Shown piece by piece: positions 16,183 through 31,552 of a stretch of 64,000 bases of DNA (its first letter is position 1; each line of letters begins with the position of its first letter). The stretch is from the human T2T-CHM13v2.0 reference genome, Homo sapiens, in the NCBI RefSeq assembly GCF_009914755.1, contig NC_060932.1; one strand, 5' to 3'. Both the position numbers and the translations under genes were made by a program. The notes beneath the pieces are model-generated. The model was not told where the DNA came from. It worked only from the letters and a program-made list of their open reading frames with translations, and did not search any database.

Positions 16183-16769
16183 CTTGCTAAAACTGAAGAA
16201 GTTGAGAATTGAAACTCAATGTAACCAGAATTTATGAAATTACTTTTTTATACTAGTGAGGAAAAAAGTATCTTGCTGAACTATTTTTAAAAGTGCATGT
16301 GCTGTTTTTAGTTGAAGTAAACTTTTTTATTCTTAAGTATTGACATAAATATAACACTTTTGTTCCTCAGACACAGCAGCTAGCAGAGTGCCTTAAACAT
16401 AAATCATTCCACAGTATATTTTGTGGCTTCATTTAAAAAGATTAAAAATGAAAATAGCCCATAAATATTAAAATACTCTTATAGAATATAAGCCATAAAA
16501 GATATACAGAACTACTGAAACACGAGAGTAATCATTGAAAAGAATTTGCATGAGGTTCATCAAGGCAAAATTTCATCTTGAATGTATATATGAATAATAA
16601 AGAAACTATATACCCTGCAGTTTTTGGATTATTCAGATTCTATATTTTCTGTTGCCTTATTTTGGCTTTGAAAAAAATACTCTTAGGACAAATACTATGT
16701 GATGTGCAGGGCCAAATAAAAGAATATACATTTTAGTTCTTGGCATTAACTTGCTAACAGACCTTACTA

Positions 16770-17174
<405 letters not shown>

Positions 17175-19567
17175 TCATTTGTAAATTCTTTGATTTTTGT
17201 TTCCCCTGAATATCCAAGTTGACTACTGTTTTGTTGTCACAAGAGTGATGACATTTGATGGAAAGACATTAGTGGATACCTGCAAAGGATCTGGATGCAG
17301 GCAGCTCTCAGAGCAGAGACTATGGCAGCACGCTCCCAACCAGAGGGGAAAGTCTCCTGGCATCAAGTGTCCTGGAAAGCCACCGGGCACTAGCTGATTG
17401 CTGTGCATCTTGTCAGTTCCATTGAGAAGCAGCACCTTTCCATTCTTCAAGGTCTTCACAAGCCTCCAGCCCTTGGGATTTTCTGGACATTTTGGTTTTT
17501 GCCTATTACACTCGTAGAAATAACTAGTATAATACAACCCCCCACCCCAGATCATTTGAGATGGATGGATGAATTCCACAGATGGAATGAATGGAAGTTT
17601 AAATTCCCAGGTGTGGTACTCCTTAGCAGGACCAAGCCTTAAAACTGCCTGAGATCCATTCCTGCAGGTATATAACTGGGACTACAAAATAAAAAGATGA
17701 CTAAGATTGATAAAACATAGACAAACTAAGATATACTGACTATAATATTCTAGTTTCTGTGCTAAGCACCCCACATATAATATCACTTAATATTTCTTTT
17801 AAATTTAATTTTGATATATTTTATAAACATCAGAAAGATTGAGTGGTGAGTAGTTGGGAGCTGGTTTTTAAAAATTATTTTCCTTTAAAAGGAATATACT
17901 CTTTGGTATGTATATTTCAATATTAAAAAATAAAACCAGTTAAATAATATGGTAAGGCTAATACTAAAAACAAGTATTTTGTTTCACCTCATCTTACTAA
18001 TTACAATTATTTACTCCTTACTTATTCCCTCTCATTGTCTGGTAATTTTTAATCTTTTTAGTTATTTCCTCTAGTATTTTCTTTCTTATTTCTAAATAAC
18101 ATACATATATAGATACTTCCTGATTTTTTAGTCTTTTTGTCCATTGACTTCCTTCTTTTTTTTTTTTTTTTTTTGTCCATTGACTTCCTTCTATGGAAGA
18201 TGAGGATTTACTTTCCTATACCTCCTCTTCTTGCATTCTTGCATACATTTCCCTTCCTCCTATCCTTCTGATATATTTATATCATAATTTTTGGTTAAAT
18301 CAGTATCTAGGGCTAATATGATTTTGATTATATAAGTATTATTTATAGCTAAGTCACAGAGTATATCATGATTCTATTTCTTCTCTTGTATAACTGTTTC
18401 CACTAGTTAATAAATCCATTTTTTTATTTGCTTGGTTTTGTGTGCTTTTATTACTAATTCATACCATGGTTCTCTAATGTAAGTAAAAATAGCTTTTGAA
18501 CATGTGTAAGTGTTCTATCTGTTGCATATTTATCTTGGGGAATTTCATCTGAAGTCTTCAGTTCTCCTCCTCCTACCCCAAGTTAGTTGTTCTGTAAGTT
18601 TGACATATAGCTACTACCTGGGACTTTTCCGTTCACCACGATCTTCAGATGTTTTTATTGGTTTCCCTGTGTTCCTAAATCCTTTGTCTTTCTCTTGCTA
18701 TACTCCCTTATTTTGGTAGAGCACATTCTCCAGGGTTTTCCTGAGAAAGGTAAGTAATTTAGGGCCTCACTTCTATGAAAATGTTGAGATTCTACCCTTA
18801 CATTTCAATGACAATTTTTCTAGGTTTAGATTTTTTTTTTTTGTATAATTTTTCCTCAAAAACTCTGACGGCATTTCTCCATTGCCTTTTGGCTGTAATG
18901 GTGTTGTTGAGCAGCTACAGGCTACTCTAGTCCTCATTCTGTTGTCAGTGTCCCCCACCCTCCAACACCCCAGAAGTTTTTAGGCTCATCTCTTTATCCT
19001 GGTGTTCATGATATGCTCTGGTCAGGCAAATCCTCTAAGAGGATTTGTATTTGCTTGTACCAAATGCTTAGGGGGTATAGCCAGTCTGGGATTAAACTGA
19101 ATTAAACTCTTGGCTAGAGGGTTATCAGACCATTTAGATAGTCTGATTTTGGACCACAAACTTGTGTGAGGCTGCCTCATGGTTCCAAATTCTCAGTGGC
19201 AATTTCTCTCTTCTCCACTCTTGCCAAAATTTGAAATGGTCAGTTTTTCTTGTGGCCCATTATGAGTACTATGGAGGCTTATTTCTAATTTACCCTTACA
19301 CTGAAGGTATCATTCTTTGGAATCCCAGAATTCTGGTAGAAGTAGAATCTATTAGACTTCCCAACTTGCAGTAGCCCTGGGCTTGGCTCTCTGGCCCCAT
19401 TCCTCAAAATGCCCACACTCAGCTGGTTAGACAAACACTGTCAGTATAACAGTGGTCCATTTGCCTTTCTAGATTTCTTCAATCAATACCTGGCTGGCCT
19501 GGATTTCCTTTTTTTGTCTGATAACTTTAAGATGATTTTCTAAAAATTATATATATTTTTTCTTCCT

Positions 19568-19568
<1 letters not shown>

Positions 19569-19599
<31 letters not shown>

Positions 19600-19896
19600 A
19601 GACAGGGTCTCACTCTGTTGCCCAGGCTGGAGTGCAGTGGTGCAGTCATGGCTCACTGGAGCCTCAAACTCTCCAGGCTCAAGTGATCCTCCCACCTCAG
19701 CCTCCCAGGTAGCTGGGACTGCAGGAATGTGCATACCTGACTAATTTTTTTTTTCTTCTATATCGTGTAGTGATGGGGTTTCACCATGTTGCCCAGGCTG
19801 ATCTTGAACTCCTGGGCTCAAGTGATCTTCCCACCTTGGCCTCCCAAAATATTGGGATCACAGGTATAATTGTGATTGGGATCACTGTGCCTGGCC
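19569..19896 (-). mobile_element. AluJ
   Basis: Long poly-T and a diverged Alu body. Confidence 0.9.
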
Positions 19897-20276
19897 TAAG
19901 ATATGATATTTTATCTAGAAGTTTTAGTTATTTCCAGCAGTCCAGATACCTATCTTGTCATTGCCTTAGAAATGGAAGTCTATGATTTTAAATATATTTC
20001 TAAGCCTCAACTTCCTCATTTGAAAAATGAGGATAGTTTATACCTCATAGTATTGTAGTATTGTGGGGAATAAGTGAGATGATTAGTGTAAAGCTCTTAA
20101 TTCTGTGCCTGTACTTCAATTAATGTTTACTTATTTTTTTAAAAAATGGCATTCTCAGAGTCTAAACATATGTTGCTCTATCTTGCTGTATTTTTATTCA
20201 TACATGGCACACCTAATACCAGGAAGTGAAGATGTGAATAATCTAATGTTCTAATAAATTTTATATTATATATATA

Positions 20277-20534
20277 TGAGACGGAGTATTGCTCTGTCAT
20301 GCGATCTCAGCTCACTGCAACCTCTGCCTCCTGGGTTCAAGCGATTCTCCTGCCTCAGTTTCCTGAGTAGCTGGGACTACAGGTGTGCGCCACCACGCCC
20401 AGCTAATTTTTGTATTTTTAGTAGAGACAGGGTTTCACCATGTTGGCCAGGATGGTCTTGAACTCTTGACCTCATCATCTGCCCGCCTCAGCCCAAATTG
20501 CTGGAATTACAGGTGTGAGCCACCGCGCCCGGCC
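20277..20534 (-). mobile_element. AluS just downstream of the CPA6 poly(A) site
   Basis: Alu body with an internal deletion and a (TA)n tail. Confidence 0.9.
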
Positions 20535-20634
20535 TATGTTTATTACATTAAGAAGCATAGTTGTTTTTTTCCATTTCATAATTTTCCATTTCCAATGAGA
20601 ACCAAGTAATTAAACATCATTACTAGCCTAGATC

Positions 20635-20966
20635 CTAATTGAGGACATGAGATTTATTGAAGGGAAATCCTCAATTAATATGAACATTTCTTGAGAAATG
20701 GGAAATTTGAAAACATTCCCTCCCACCATAATCAAATAAGACTCTAAAAGGATAGAAAATGGATGCTTTTTCTTATAACAAACTAGGCTATGCCCTGTTT
20801 TTTACTGTTTTCTATTGCCACAAAGTCAAATTGCGTGGGGTCTTTTTAAAGTCCATAGACATGTTCACTCTAAGCAGCTGCCCTTCTCTTTGAAAACAAT
20901 TTCTATCCAGGGCCAAGTAGGCCTTGCTCAGAATCCTATGGCAGTTGACCTGAGCCTTGGGCTGTC
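20635..20966 (-). other. CPA6: CPA6 3' UTR (to the proximal poly(A) site; 3' end approximate)
   Basis: Non-repetitive sequence between the TGA stop and the minus-strand AATAAA at 20653-20658. Confidence 0.8.
20653..20658 (-). terminator. Polyadenylation signal AATAAA of CPA6
   Basis: TTTATT on the plus strand about 310 nt downstream of the stop codon. Confidence 0.8.
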
Positions 20967-21161
<195 letters not shown>

Positions 21162-21554
21162 TTAAAACAAAAAAAAAAAGATCAGCCTCACTAAAGAGTC
21201 AGTATAATTTTCTAAATGTATATACTATAAAGTATCCGCTTATTAAGCTTTACTAAATCCTTCCAATTAAATGCTGTTTCAATAAGAATGATTTAACAGG
21301 AGTTCCTTGGCATCTGGTGCATGGAACTTATAAATCATCCCTTCAACCATCTTTAAGGATCCAGTCTACGTGTGAATGCCTTACCAGCACGAAGACTAAA
21401 ATTTCTCAACCTCAATTCCAAAAACGTTTATGTTCATCCCCACTTCATTCACCTATAAACAACCTATACTGAGAACTCTTTTTGTTTTTAGTTATCACTC
21501 AGTTCTTCTCCACTTCAGTGTCTAGAATATTGAAATTGTGTTCCCAGAAATGTC

Positions 21555-21896
<342 letters not shown>

Positions 21897-22275
21897 TAAC
21901 CTATTCTGTGCCTTTACTTAGATTGGTATTTTCCAGATTCCTCCGTTTTCTGGTAGTTTCATTTGATTCTCTAGTTGGCCATGGCCAATTATTTCACTGA
22001 ATTTTTCTCCAGACCCTCAACATGCCTCATTCCTGTCCTTTTCCTGCTTTTGTTTGGCTCATCCTCAACCCCTGGCCCAGTTTCTCTGCTTCCACTAGGT
22101 GAGGGAGCTAGAGAAAGTCTTTGCTGAGTAGAGATACTATAAAGTCACACTACCTCATTACTGAAGTCTTTTTCTGCCCCCATGTTGCTGTAGGTTCCTT
22201 TTCTAGTTCTCTACTTACTGAAACTTTCCCATTCTCTTCTCATCTTCATGTTACACTGTCCCCACTACTCTAGAT

Positions 22276-22842
22276 CAGGGGTCCCCAACCCCCAGGCCAC
22301 AGACTGGTACTGGTATGATTTACAAGTTCCATGCACTGGTACTGGTCCGAGGCCTGTTAGGACTTGGGCTGCACAGTGGGAAGTGAGTGGTGGGTGAGCC
22401 AGTGAAGCTTCACCTGTATTTACAGTCACTCGCTATCGCTTGCATTACTGCCTGAGCTCTGCCTCCTGTCAGATCAGTGGCAGCATTAGATTCTCATAGG
22501 AACATGAACCCTATCATGGACAGCACATGCGAGGGATCTAGGTTGTGCATTCCTTCTAAGAATCTTATGCCTGATGATCTGTCACTGTCTCCCATCACCC
22601 CTAGATGGGACTGTCTAATTGCAGGAAAACAAACTCAGGGCTCCCAGTGATTCTACATTATGGTGAATTACATAATTATTTCATTATATATTACAGTGTA
22701 ATAATAATGGAAATAAAGTGCGCAATGAATGTAATGCATTTGAATCATCCTAAAACCATTCCTCCCCCACCCCACCCCTGTCCGTGGAATAACTGTCTTC
22801 CATGAAACCGGTCCCTGGTGCCAAAAAGGTTGGGGACTGCTG
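22276..22842 (+). mobile_element. MER1A (hAT-Charlie) DNA transposon
   Basis: TIRs CAGGGGTCCCCAACC / GGTTGGGGACTGCTG. 8-bp TSD CTCTAGAT / CTGTAGAT. Paralogous to the copy at 49602. Confidence 0.92.
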
Positions 22843-23666
22843 CTGTAGATGATTGCCCCATTGCCTCCTCTACTGACATTAGAGCCCTCTGACTTTCCCC
22901 CGTTGAGCTCAGAGGAAGAAATGCTCCCTGTCTTTTACATGCGTCACCTCTTGATACTGTTGGTTATTGTCGTCTCTGGTAGTGAAAGGCCCTTCTCCAT
23001 GACTTTGTGTTATTAATTATGCATCTGCATTGGCCAAAGTACTCAAGGACCCCTTTCCTATAGCACTTCCTTCACATTATCCTACCATATGCCCTTGGTT
23101 ACCCTCTTCTTTTTCCTCTTTCTTTTGCTTTAGAACCCGAGGGAGAACCTATATATACTGTGTCTACATCCTCAACCACTTTCAATCTGGCTATTGCCTC
23201 TACCCGTGTATTAAACCTTCTTTTTGAAGATTACCAATGACCTCAGGCCTAGCCTCTTTTTCTGTTTTTTGTTTTCCCCTCAGATCCCGCTTTCAAGGTC
23301 TCCACAGCCTTTAACACAGCTGACAAGCCCTCTGGCTACTCTCTCCTTCTGGCTCCTGTGACCTCACACTCTCTAGCTTTTCAGCAGAGTTGAAAGCTGG
23401 GAACTAGAGGTAGCCTGCAGCCTGGGCTGTATCTGATCCTACCACATAGTGGGTAACTTCTCTGTGCCTCAGTCTCCCTTTTTGAAAAAGAGACTGATAA
23501 TACAGTACCTGCATAACATAGGGTTGTTGGGAAAATTAAATAAAGTAATAAATCACTGGAAAGTACTCAAGATATATTAACTTATTATTTTGCCTCTTTA
23601 TATCCTCAAGTGCATATGTAGTTTTTAGTCTAACAGGCTTTTAATAATCATTCATTAAATGAATAA

Positions 23667-24136
<470 letters not shown>

Positions 24137-24346
24137 AGAGATGGAATAATTATGTAAAGATGACAATTAAAATGACTCTTCTGCTTCTCAGATTCCCTTT
24201 GCTTCAGTTAAGGACAGAAAATAGGCTGTGGCTTCAGTGTCCCTCTGGTTAGGGTACATTGGAACTACAAATAGTAGTCATAGTAGCCAAGTCAGAGACA
24301 ATATGTGCCAACAGTTACATCACGGTGATGTGACAGCCTCATTTCT

Positions 24347-24731
24347 TTTTCTTTTTCTTTTCTTTTTTTTTTTTTTTGAAACAGAATCTCGCTCTGTCAC
24401 CCAGGCTGGAGTGCAATGGCACCATCTTGGCTCACTGCAATCTCTGCTCCTGGGGTTCAAGAGATTCTCCTGCCTCAGCCTCCTGATTAGCTGTGATTAC
24501 AGGCACCCGCTACCTCTGCCTCCCTGATTCAAGCGATTCTCCTGCCTCAGCCAACTGGGTAGCTGGGATTACAGGTGCATGCCACTATGCCCAGCTAATT
24601 TTTGTCTTTTTAGTAGATAAGGGGTTTTGCCATGTTGGCCCGGCTGGTCTAGAACTCCTGACCTCAGATGATCCACCCGCTTTGGCCTTGCAAAGTGCTA
24701 GGATTGCAGGCGTGAGCCGCCGCATCCGGCC
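24347..24731 (-). mobile_element. AluS with an internal ~75-bp duplicated segment
   Basis: A single TSD ACAGCCTCATTTCT (24333-24346 / 24733-24746) brackets an over-long Alu. Confidence 0.9.
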
Positions 24732-25499
24732 AACAGCCTCATTTCTATGGTAATAGACTGTTCTCAGTAAATATAATACTCTGACTGTGACTCTATATGA
24801 AGTTGAAAAGGTAAATGGTTAGTAAGATTAAAAAACGTTAATGTTTAAAAATGTTTATATATATTATGTTGGCATTAATTGGTAATATGATTGTTTAAAT
24901 ACAGTTTTTTTTTTTCCCTTTCAAGGTGGCCACTGAAAAACAGTTCTAAAAAGGTCAACATGAGACCAATGATCATGGACTTTGAAAAAATAAACAAAAC
25001 TATTGATACTCCTGACATTCTCATTATTAGAATAAACTTATTTGTCAATGTTAATTGACAAACCAAGTGTTTGTTCTGAAGGCTGAAGAAAGTGAGTGGT
25101 AAAACATTAGGAATACAATGATAGGTAGATTAAAGAAGTCAAGGAGAACTTTGCTACCTTAATCAGAAGCATAATCAGATGTCACTACCTACACATATAC
25201 ATACAACATGTGTGTGTTTACCTTCATTTGCACACACCGACATTCACACATACATGATTTCTCACTAGATTTTCCAAGTCATATAGTGAATAAATTTTAG
25301 AGTTTAAAAGGCCCTGAATCCAATTCTTGTTACAGTTGTGGAAACTGAGGCCCAGGATTAATAAATATTTTGGCCTGGTTGACAGACCTGGCAGAATTAG
25401 GACTACAATGCCCATACTATGATTCTTTGTCGAAGTTCTTGCCATATACCCACTTGGAAGGACATGCCATCCCAAAATAAGCCAGATTGATATGTTAAT

Positions 25500-26015
25500 T
25501 GTTGAAAACATTGGAGATTGTAGTTTCAGAAAGGGTGAGCTGACTTGTTTCTTCCTGCATGCAGCAAACAGTAAAGATTCCTCGAGGAGGGTTATTCTCA
25601 CTATAAGAAGGGTGAGAAAATAGCCCTTTATCACCACAGACTTGAATTCAAGGCTGCAGTGGACCTAACAACAAAGCAACCCTTATCTTCCATTGGTTTT
25701 ACATACCCCCTATTTATTTCCTAGTGACTCCCCTAGAAAATTTGCTGCCCTTAGCCAGATTTTTTTGTCCTGTTATTTATTCTCAAATTTATCGTTCCTT
25801 GTCCAAAAAGTATAAAATCATCTTGCTTTGGCCACTTCTTTGGACTTCACTCTGTTATGAAGATCCTGTACACATAGAATTAATAAAATTTGTATACTTT
25901 TCTCTTGTTTAACCTGCCTGGTGTCAATTTGGTTTCCAGATCCAGCTGAAGAACCTACGTGGAGTGAAAGATGGGAGATGAGGGGGGGTTGGAAGTGATC
26001 TCTGGCTCTGCTATA
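25500..26015 (+). mobile_element. Solo LTR, probably ERV1 class (subfamily uncertain)
   Basis: TG start, TATAAAA at 25811, AATAAA at 25882 followed by the typical LTR tract tttgtatacttttctcttgtttaacctgcc. Confidence 0.7.
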
Positions 26016-26450
26016 CATTTTTCTCCATGTAAAAAAAAGAAATACTTTTACATCATCTTTTAAGGGATAATTCAATGGACGGTGCTACATAAGAAACAGC
26101 ATTTCATAACAAGAACGGTGGCAGAAAGGAGTAAAAGGGAAGCAGTTGTAGGGCTGAAACATTTACCTCATTATCTTCCCAAGGCCCGTTTCCACCCTTG
26201 TAGTAGTTAGAATTGCTTAAGGAGCCCATTTTGGTATGTTCTACTCTCATAAGCTCTCAAATGAGCTTGTAGTCGTTACTGCACACTTAGCATATTCTCT
26301 GCTTTGAATTTATTTAAATGGGTACAGTGATTTCTGTCAAGCTGTGTAAAACGAATCAGATATAAACTCCTTCTATTTTCCTCAGCTAATTTGATAGTCA
26401 AAATTTTCACTTTAGGGAGAACACACTTTCTCCCTTCTAAAAGGAAGTCA

Positions 26451-26594
<144 letters not shown>

Positions 26595-26908
26595 CTATGA
26601 GGGAAAATGGGGAAATTTTATATATTGTTGCATTGAAACTTTTAGATACACTGCTATGTTGTTTGAGCCTCATCGATCATCACCAGATGGCTTCATTGGT
26701 TAAGATCTATATTCATTAATAATATTATATTACTCTTATGTCACACGCTACATTTTGCAACATGTTTTAGAACACATCATTTCATTGATCTCACAACAAA
26801 CCAGTGATCAATAATATTTTCATTTTATAGATGAGAGAAGGAAGGCTCAGCAAGGTTAAATGGGTACGCAGAATGGTTGAGCTAAGTACTCATATTTTCT
26901 GAGGCTGA

Positions 26909-27245
<337 letters not shown>

Positions 27246-28576
27246 AGGGATACCTATTTCTATAAGTTACAAAATACTTGGCCGGGCAGGGACCATGTCG
27301 GTCTCAGTCATAGCTCACAACCAGTACTTAGCAATGTGCCTGTATACAACAGATGCTTGATCAATATTTCTTACATGAATGTTGAATAAGCATAAATCTG
27401 AAAGAGTATTAAGATAATTACATTGATTCTTAAGTATATATTTCACTGGGTATGTACAAGGTATTTAGAACACATCTGAATCAATTAAGAAACCCCTTAA
27501 TTCAGTAGGAATGACTTCTCTTAATGCTATGTGCTTATCCTCACTAGGAATGGAAACAACTTCAGAATGCTCATGACTTCTCAGGTTACATATGCCTCCC
27601 ACAGATCTTACACAGGTACTGCGAAGAGGTAGAAAGTCTAAGGTGGAACTTTTCCTAAGAATGGCAAAAATTAGGAAAAATATTCAACACAATCGAAATA
27701 CTAAAAGATGGATATTCTAACATGAACTAGAATGATACTCACTATCCTTTAAATATGGTATAAAAACACTGGTTTCAACAAGGAGTTAGAGAAGTATTAC
27801 ATGACAAATGAGAGGAAAAGAAGTATGTTGAAACCAGAATACAACTCTCCGATTTCAGCTTGCTTATGAATAATTTAATACTTAAATTGGAGCACTCCGG
27901 ACAACGTGGTGGTGTGTGCTGGACTGAGTTTCAGGTTGCTGTCCTCATTCAGCTCAGAAATGCATGAGGCAGTATTTGCAGCAAATGCCACCATTTGTGG
28001 ATATTCAGGGACCAGGCTCCAGAAACTGGCAGACTGTTTACTATTGATCTCACTGACGATGACATTCTTCTCATGGGAGCCAACAGAAAAGGAATATAAA
28101 CACCACAATTAAATACCTTTATGGAGATTGTTCTAAGATTTTAACATCTTCTCCAACGGTCTCAGCAATATTCCATGGCAAGGGCAGATATTTCTACATT
28201 CAGAAGATTATTTCATTCTGCTAGTAAGGGAACTTTGCTTCTCATTATTTAGGCTGACTAAACCCAAGGGCAAAAAAAATCTAAGAAAAAAAAAGATAAT
28301 CACTTTGCCTATTTACACAAAGGAGATGCACAGTTTTAGCCTTTTGAGCTCACTGCACCTCTGCCACTTGGGTACTGGTGCGTGTTGACTAGGGTTTAGA
28401 TGTGATCTCTCCACAAAAATAAAAACTTCATCATTTTTTCCAAGAATTATTTTCCAGGGGGCCACAGCTAGACACCTATTTGAAAGGACTGATTTCAGTG
28501 ATCCCTCTTTTTTCTACTGTATCCTGTTTCCAATTGTCAAAAAGTACCTAGGCATCAGTTATTGGTGTTCAGCTAA

Positions 28577-28928
<352 letters not shown>

Positions 28929-29119
28929 TAAATATTTCCATATTTAAAGCAACTTAATGACTAAAAAACATTGCCAGAAATACCGAATCTTACATATTGA
29001 TGGAATGTTTTTAAACAATTTTCATCAAATTTAATGGTTTCTGCTTAACATTCAGGGATTGTCTAGTTCCTGAGAATTATAACCATGATTTTAGTGACCA
29101 AGCTTATGATTAACACTCT

Positions 29120-29315
29120 CCAGGATTTCTCAACAATGGCATTGTTGACATCTTAGACGGAATAATTCTTTGCTGTGGGTTCTGTCCTGTGCACTGCAGG
29201 GTGTTTAGCACCATCCTTGGCCTATACCTGCTAGATGCCAGTAGCATCCCCCCACCCTGTTGTGCCAATCAAAAATGTCTCTAGACATTGCCAGATGTCC
29301 ATGGGGAAGCAAATT
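29120..29315. mobile_element. MER20 DNA transposon
   Basis: ttctcaac..ggcattgttgacat..ggaataattctttgctgtggg..aaaaatgtctctagacattgccagatgtcc. Confidence 0.85.
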
Positions 29316-29319
29316 CATC

Positions 29320-29990
29320 TTTTTTTTTTCTTTCCTTTCTTTGAGACAGGGTCTCACTCTGTCACCCAGGTCAGAGTGCAGTAGCATAACCTTAGCTTAC
29401 TGTAACCTCTGCCTCCTGGACTCAAGCAATCCTCTCACCTCTGCCTCCTGAGTTGCTGGGACTACAGGTATGCACCACTATGCCTGGCTAATTTTTAAAA
29501 ATATTTTGTAGAGATGAGGTCCCACTATATTACCTAGGCTGGTCTTGAACTCCTGGGCCCAAGCAATCCTCCAGCCTGGGCCTCCCAAAGTGCTGGGATT
29601 ATAGGCACTAATGATCCATTTTATGCCACATGTTCCAATCCAAGACAAAGGAAAATAGGCTTAACTTAAGGTGGGAAGATAAAATACGAAGAACATTCTC
29701 ATATGATAATTTTTTTTTTTCAGATGGAGTCTCACTCTGTTGCCCAGGCTGGAATGCAGTGATGCCATCTTGGCTCACTGCAAACCTCCACCTCCCAGGT
29801 TCAAGTGATTCTCCTGCCTCAGCCTCCCAAGTAGCTGGGACTACAGGTGTCTGCCACCAGGCCCGGCTAATTTTTGTATTTTTTATTTTAGAGATGGGGT
29901 TAAACCATGTTGCCCAGGCTGCTCTCGAACTCCTGTCAGCTTGGCCTCCCAAAGTGCTGGGATTACAGGCATCAGCCACTGTGCCCAGCC
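29320..29990 (-). mobile_element. Two Alus (AluJ 29320-29608; Alu 29710-29990)
   Basis: Alu bodies with poly-T. Confidence 0.9.
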
Positions 29991-30456
29991 CTCATACAAT
30001 AATTTTTATATATTATATAGTCCACATCATCTGTTGTATGAATATAAACAGACACAGTGCCCACGTAAAAAAAAGTCTGAACATTTGCCTAAAGGAATAC
30101 TGTGATACAAATTGTTAGGGTGCCGGGTCAACAAAAACAACAGCTATAGCAGCAGCAGCAACAAAAACAAAGTATATTTGACCTGCAGAGCAGCTAAAGA
30201 ATAGCAGTATAGAATATAATTATCACTTTTACAATAGTTCTAAAGAGGTGGAATTTGCTCAGAATTCTTGGAATGCCAAGAACAAAATTCTCTTTTTTGG
30301 ACAGAATAAAAGTCTTCCCCAGGCCCTCCACAAGTCTTAGACATCTAGATCAGAAATTCCTAAAGCCCCAAGCAATTGGTGCAGGATTTGGAGTTTAAGG
30401 TGTAGGGAGAAAGGGAATGATTCTCTTTAATAAAATTTTAAATTCAGGTATAACAT

Positions 30457-31552
30457 TGTGGTATAATAAAAAATAAATACTTGGTCCTTGTCCTGGTTCT
30501 TGGCACACAGTTTCTAAAAACTCCTGGCATCTCCAGAGTGCTAAGGGTGTCTTTTGGATGGTAATGAGATGACTTGGGGCTGGAGGCCGCTAAGTAGCTT
30601 CAGGATGCAGGGTGCTGCCAGAAAGACCAAACTTTGTGATTAGAGAGTTGGAACTTTTAGCTCCATCCTTCACCCTCTGAGGAGGAGAGAGAGGCCAGAG
30701 ATTGAGTCCAAACTCCAATGGCTAATGATTTAATCAATTAGACCTATGTAATGAAATCGTCATGAATACCCCTAAACAGCAGGGTTTGGAGAGCGTTTGG
30801 ATTAATGAGCACTGGATGTGCTGGGAGGTTGATGCACCCAGAGAACGCACGGAAGCCCTGAGCCCCTTCCCCCATACATTGCCGTATGCTTCTCTTCCAT
30901 TTGGCGATTCCTGAGTTGTGTGATTGATTGATTGATTGTTAAGACAGGGTCTCACTCTGTCTCCCTGGCTGCAGGGCAGTGGCATGAACATGTCTCACTG
31001 CAGCCCTGACCTCATGAGCTCAAGTGATCCTCCTGTTCCAGCCTCCTGAGTAGCTGGGATCACAGGTGTGTGCCACCACCACACCTGGCTAATTTTTAAT
31101 TTTTTTGTAGAGATGGGCATCTCACCATGTTGTGCAGGCTGGTCTCAAATGTCTGGACTCAAATGATCCACCTGTCTGGGCCTCCCAAAGTACTTGGATT
31201 ATAGGAGCGAGCCACTGTATCCAGCCAATTGTGTATCTTAAATGAACAGGTGATAGTATGCAAAGCTCTTTCCTGAGCTCTGTGAGTCATTCTAGTGAAT
31301 TATCAAACCAGAGGTGGGCTGGTAGGAACCTGCGACTCTGCAGCCAAGTCAGACAGGAATGTGGTTAACTTGGGAACCCCCTACTTGCTACTGGTGTCTG
31401 AAGTGAGGGCAGTCATGTGGGACTGAGTCCTTAAACCTGTGGAGTCTGATGCTAACTCTGGGTAGTCAGTGACCAAATGGAATTGAATTGTTGGACACCC
31501 AAGTGGTGTTGGAGAGGTGGTACTGGAAAAAGACATCACACATTTGGTGTCA
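30457..31552 (+). mobile_element. MER21-family LTR with an inserted AluJ (~30925-31226, minus)
   Basis: tgtggtataataaaaaataaatacttggtcc..ggttcttggcacacag..; ends cacacatttggtgtca. Confidence 0.8.

Noticed and set aside
18747-18755. Consensus plus-strand splice donor AAG|GTAAGT (similar ones near 31730 and 49260)
   Set aside because: Could belong to an antisense lncRNA, but isolated donors are common and no exon can be supported from sequence alone.
27875-28112. Overlapping 77/68-aa ORFs in unique intronic sequence
   Set aside because: No recognisable homology or splice-phase link to CPA6, and the length is within chance.
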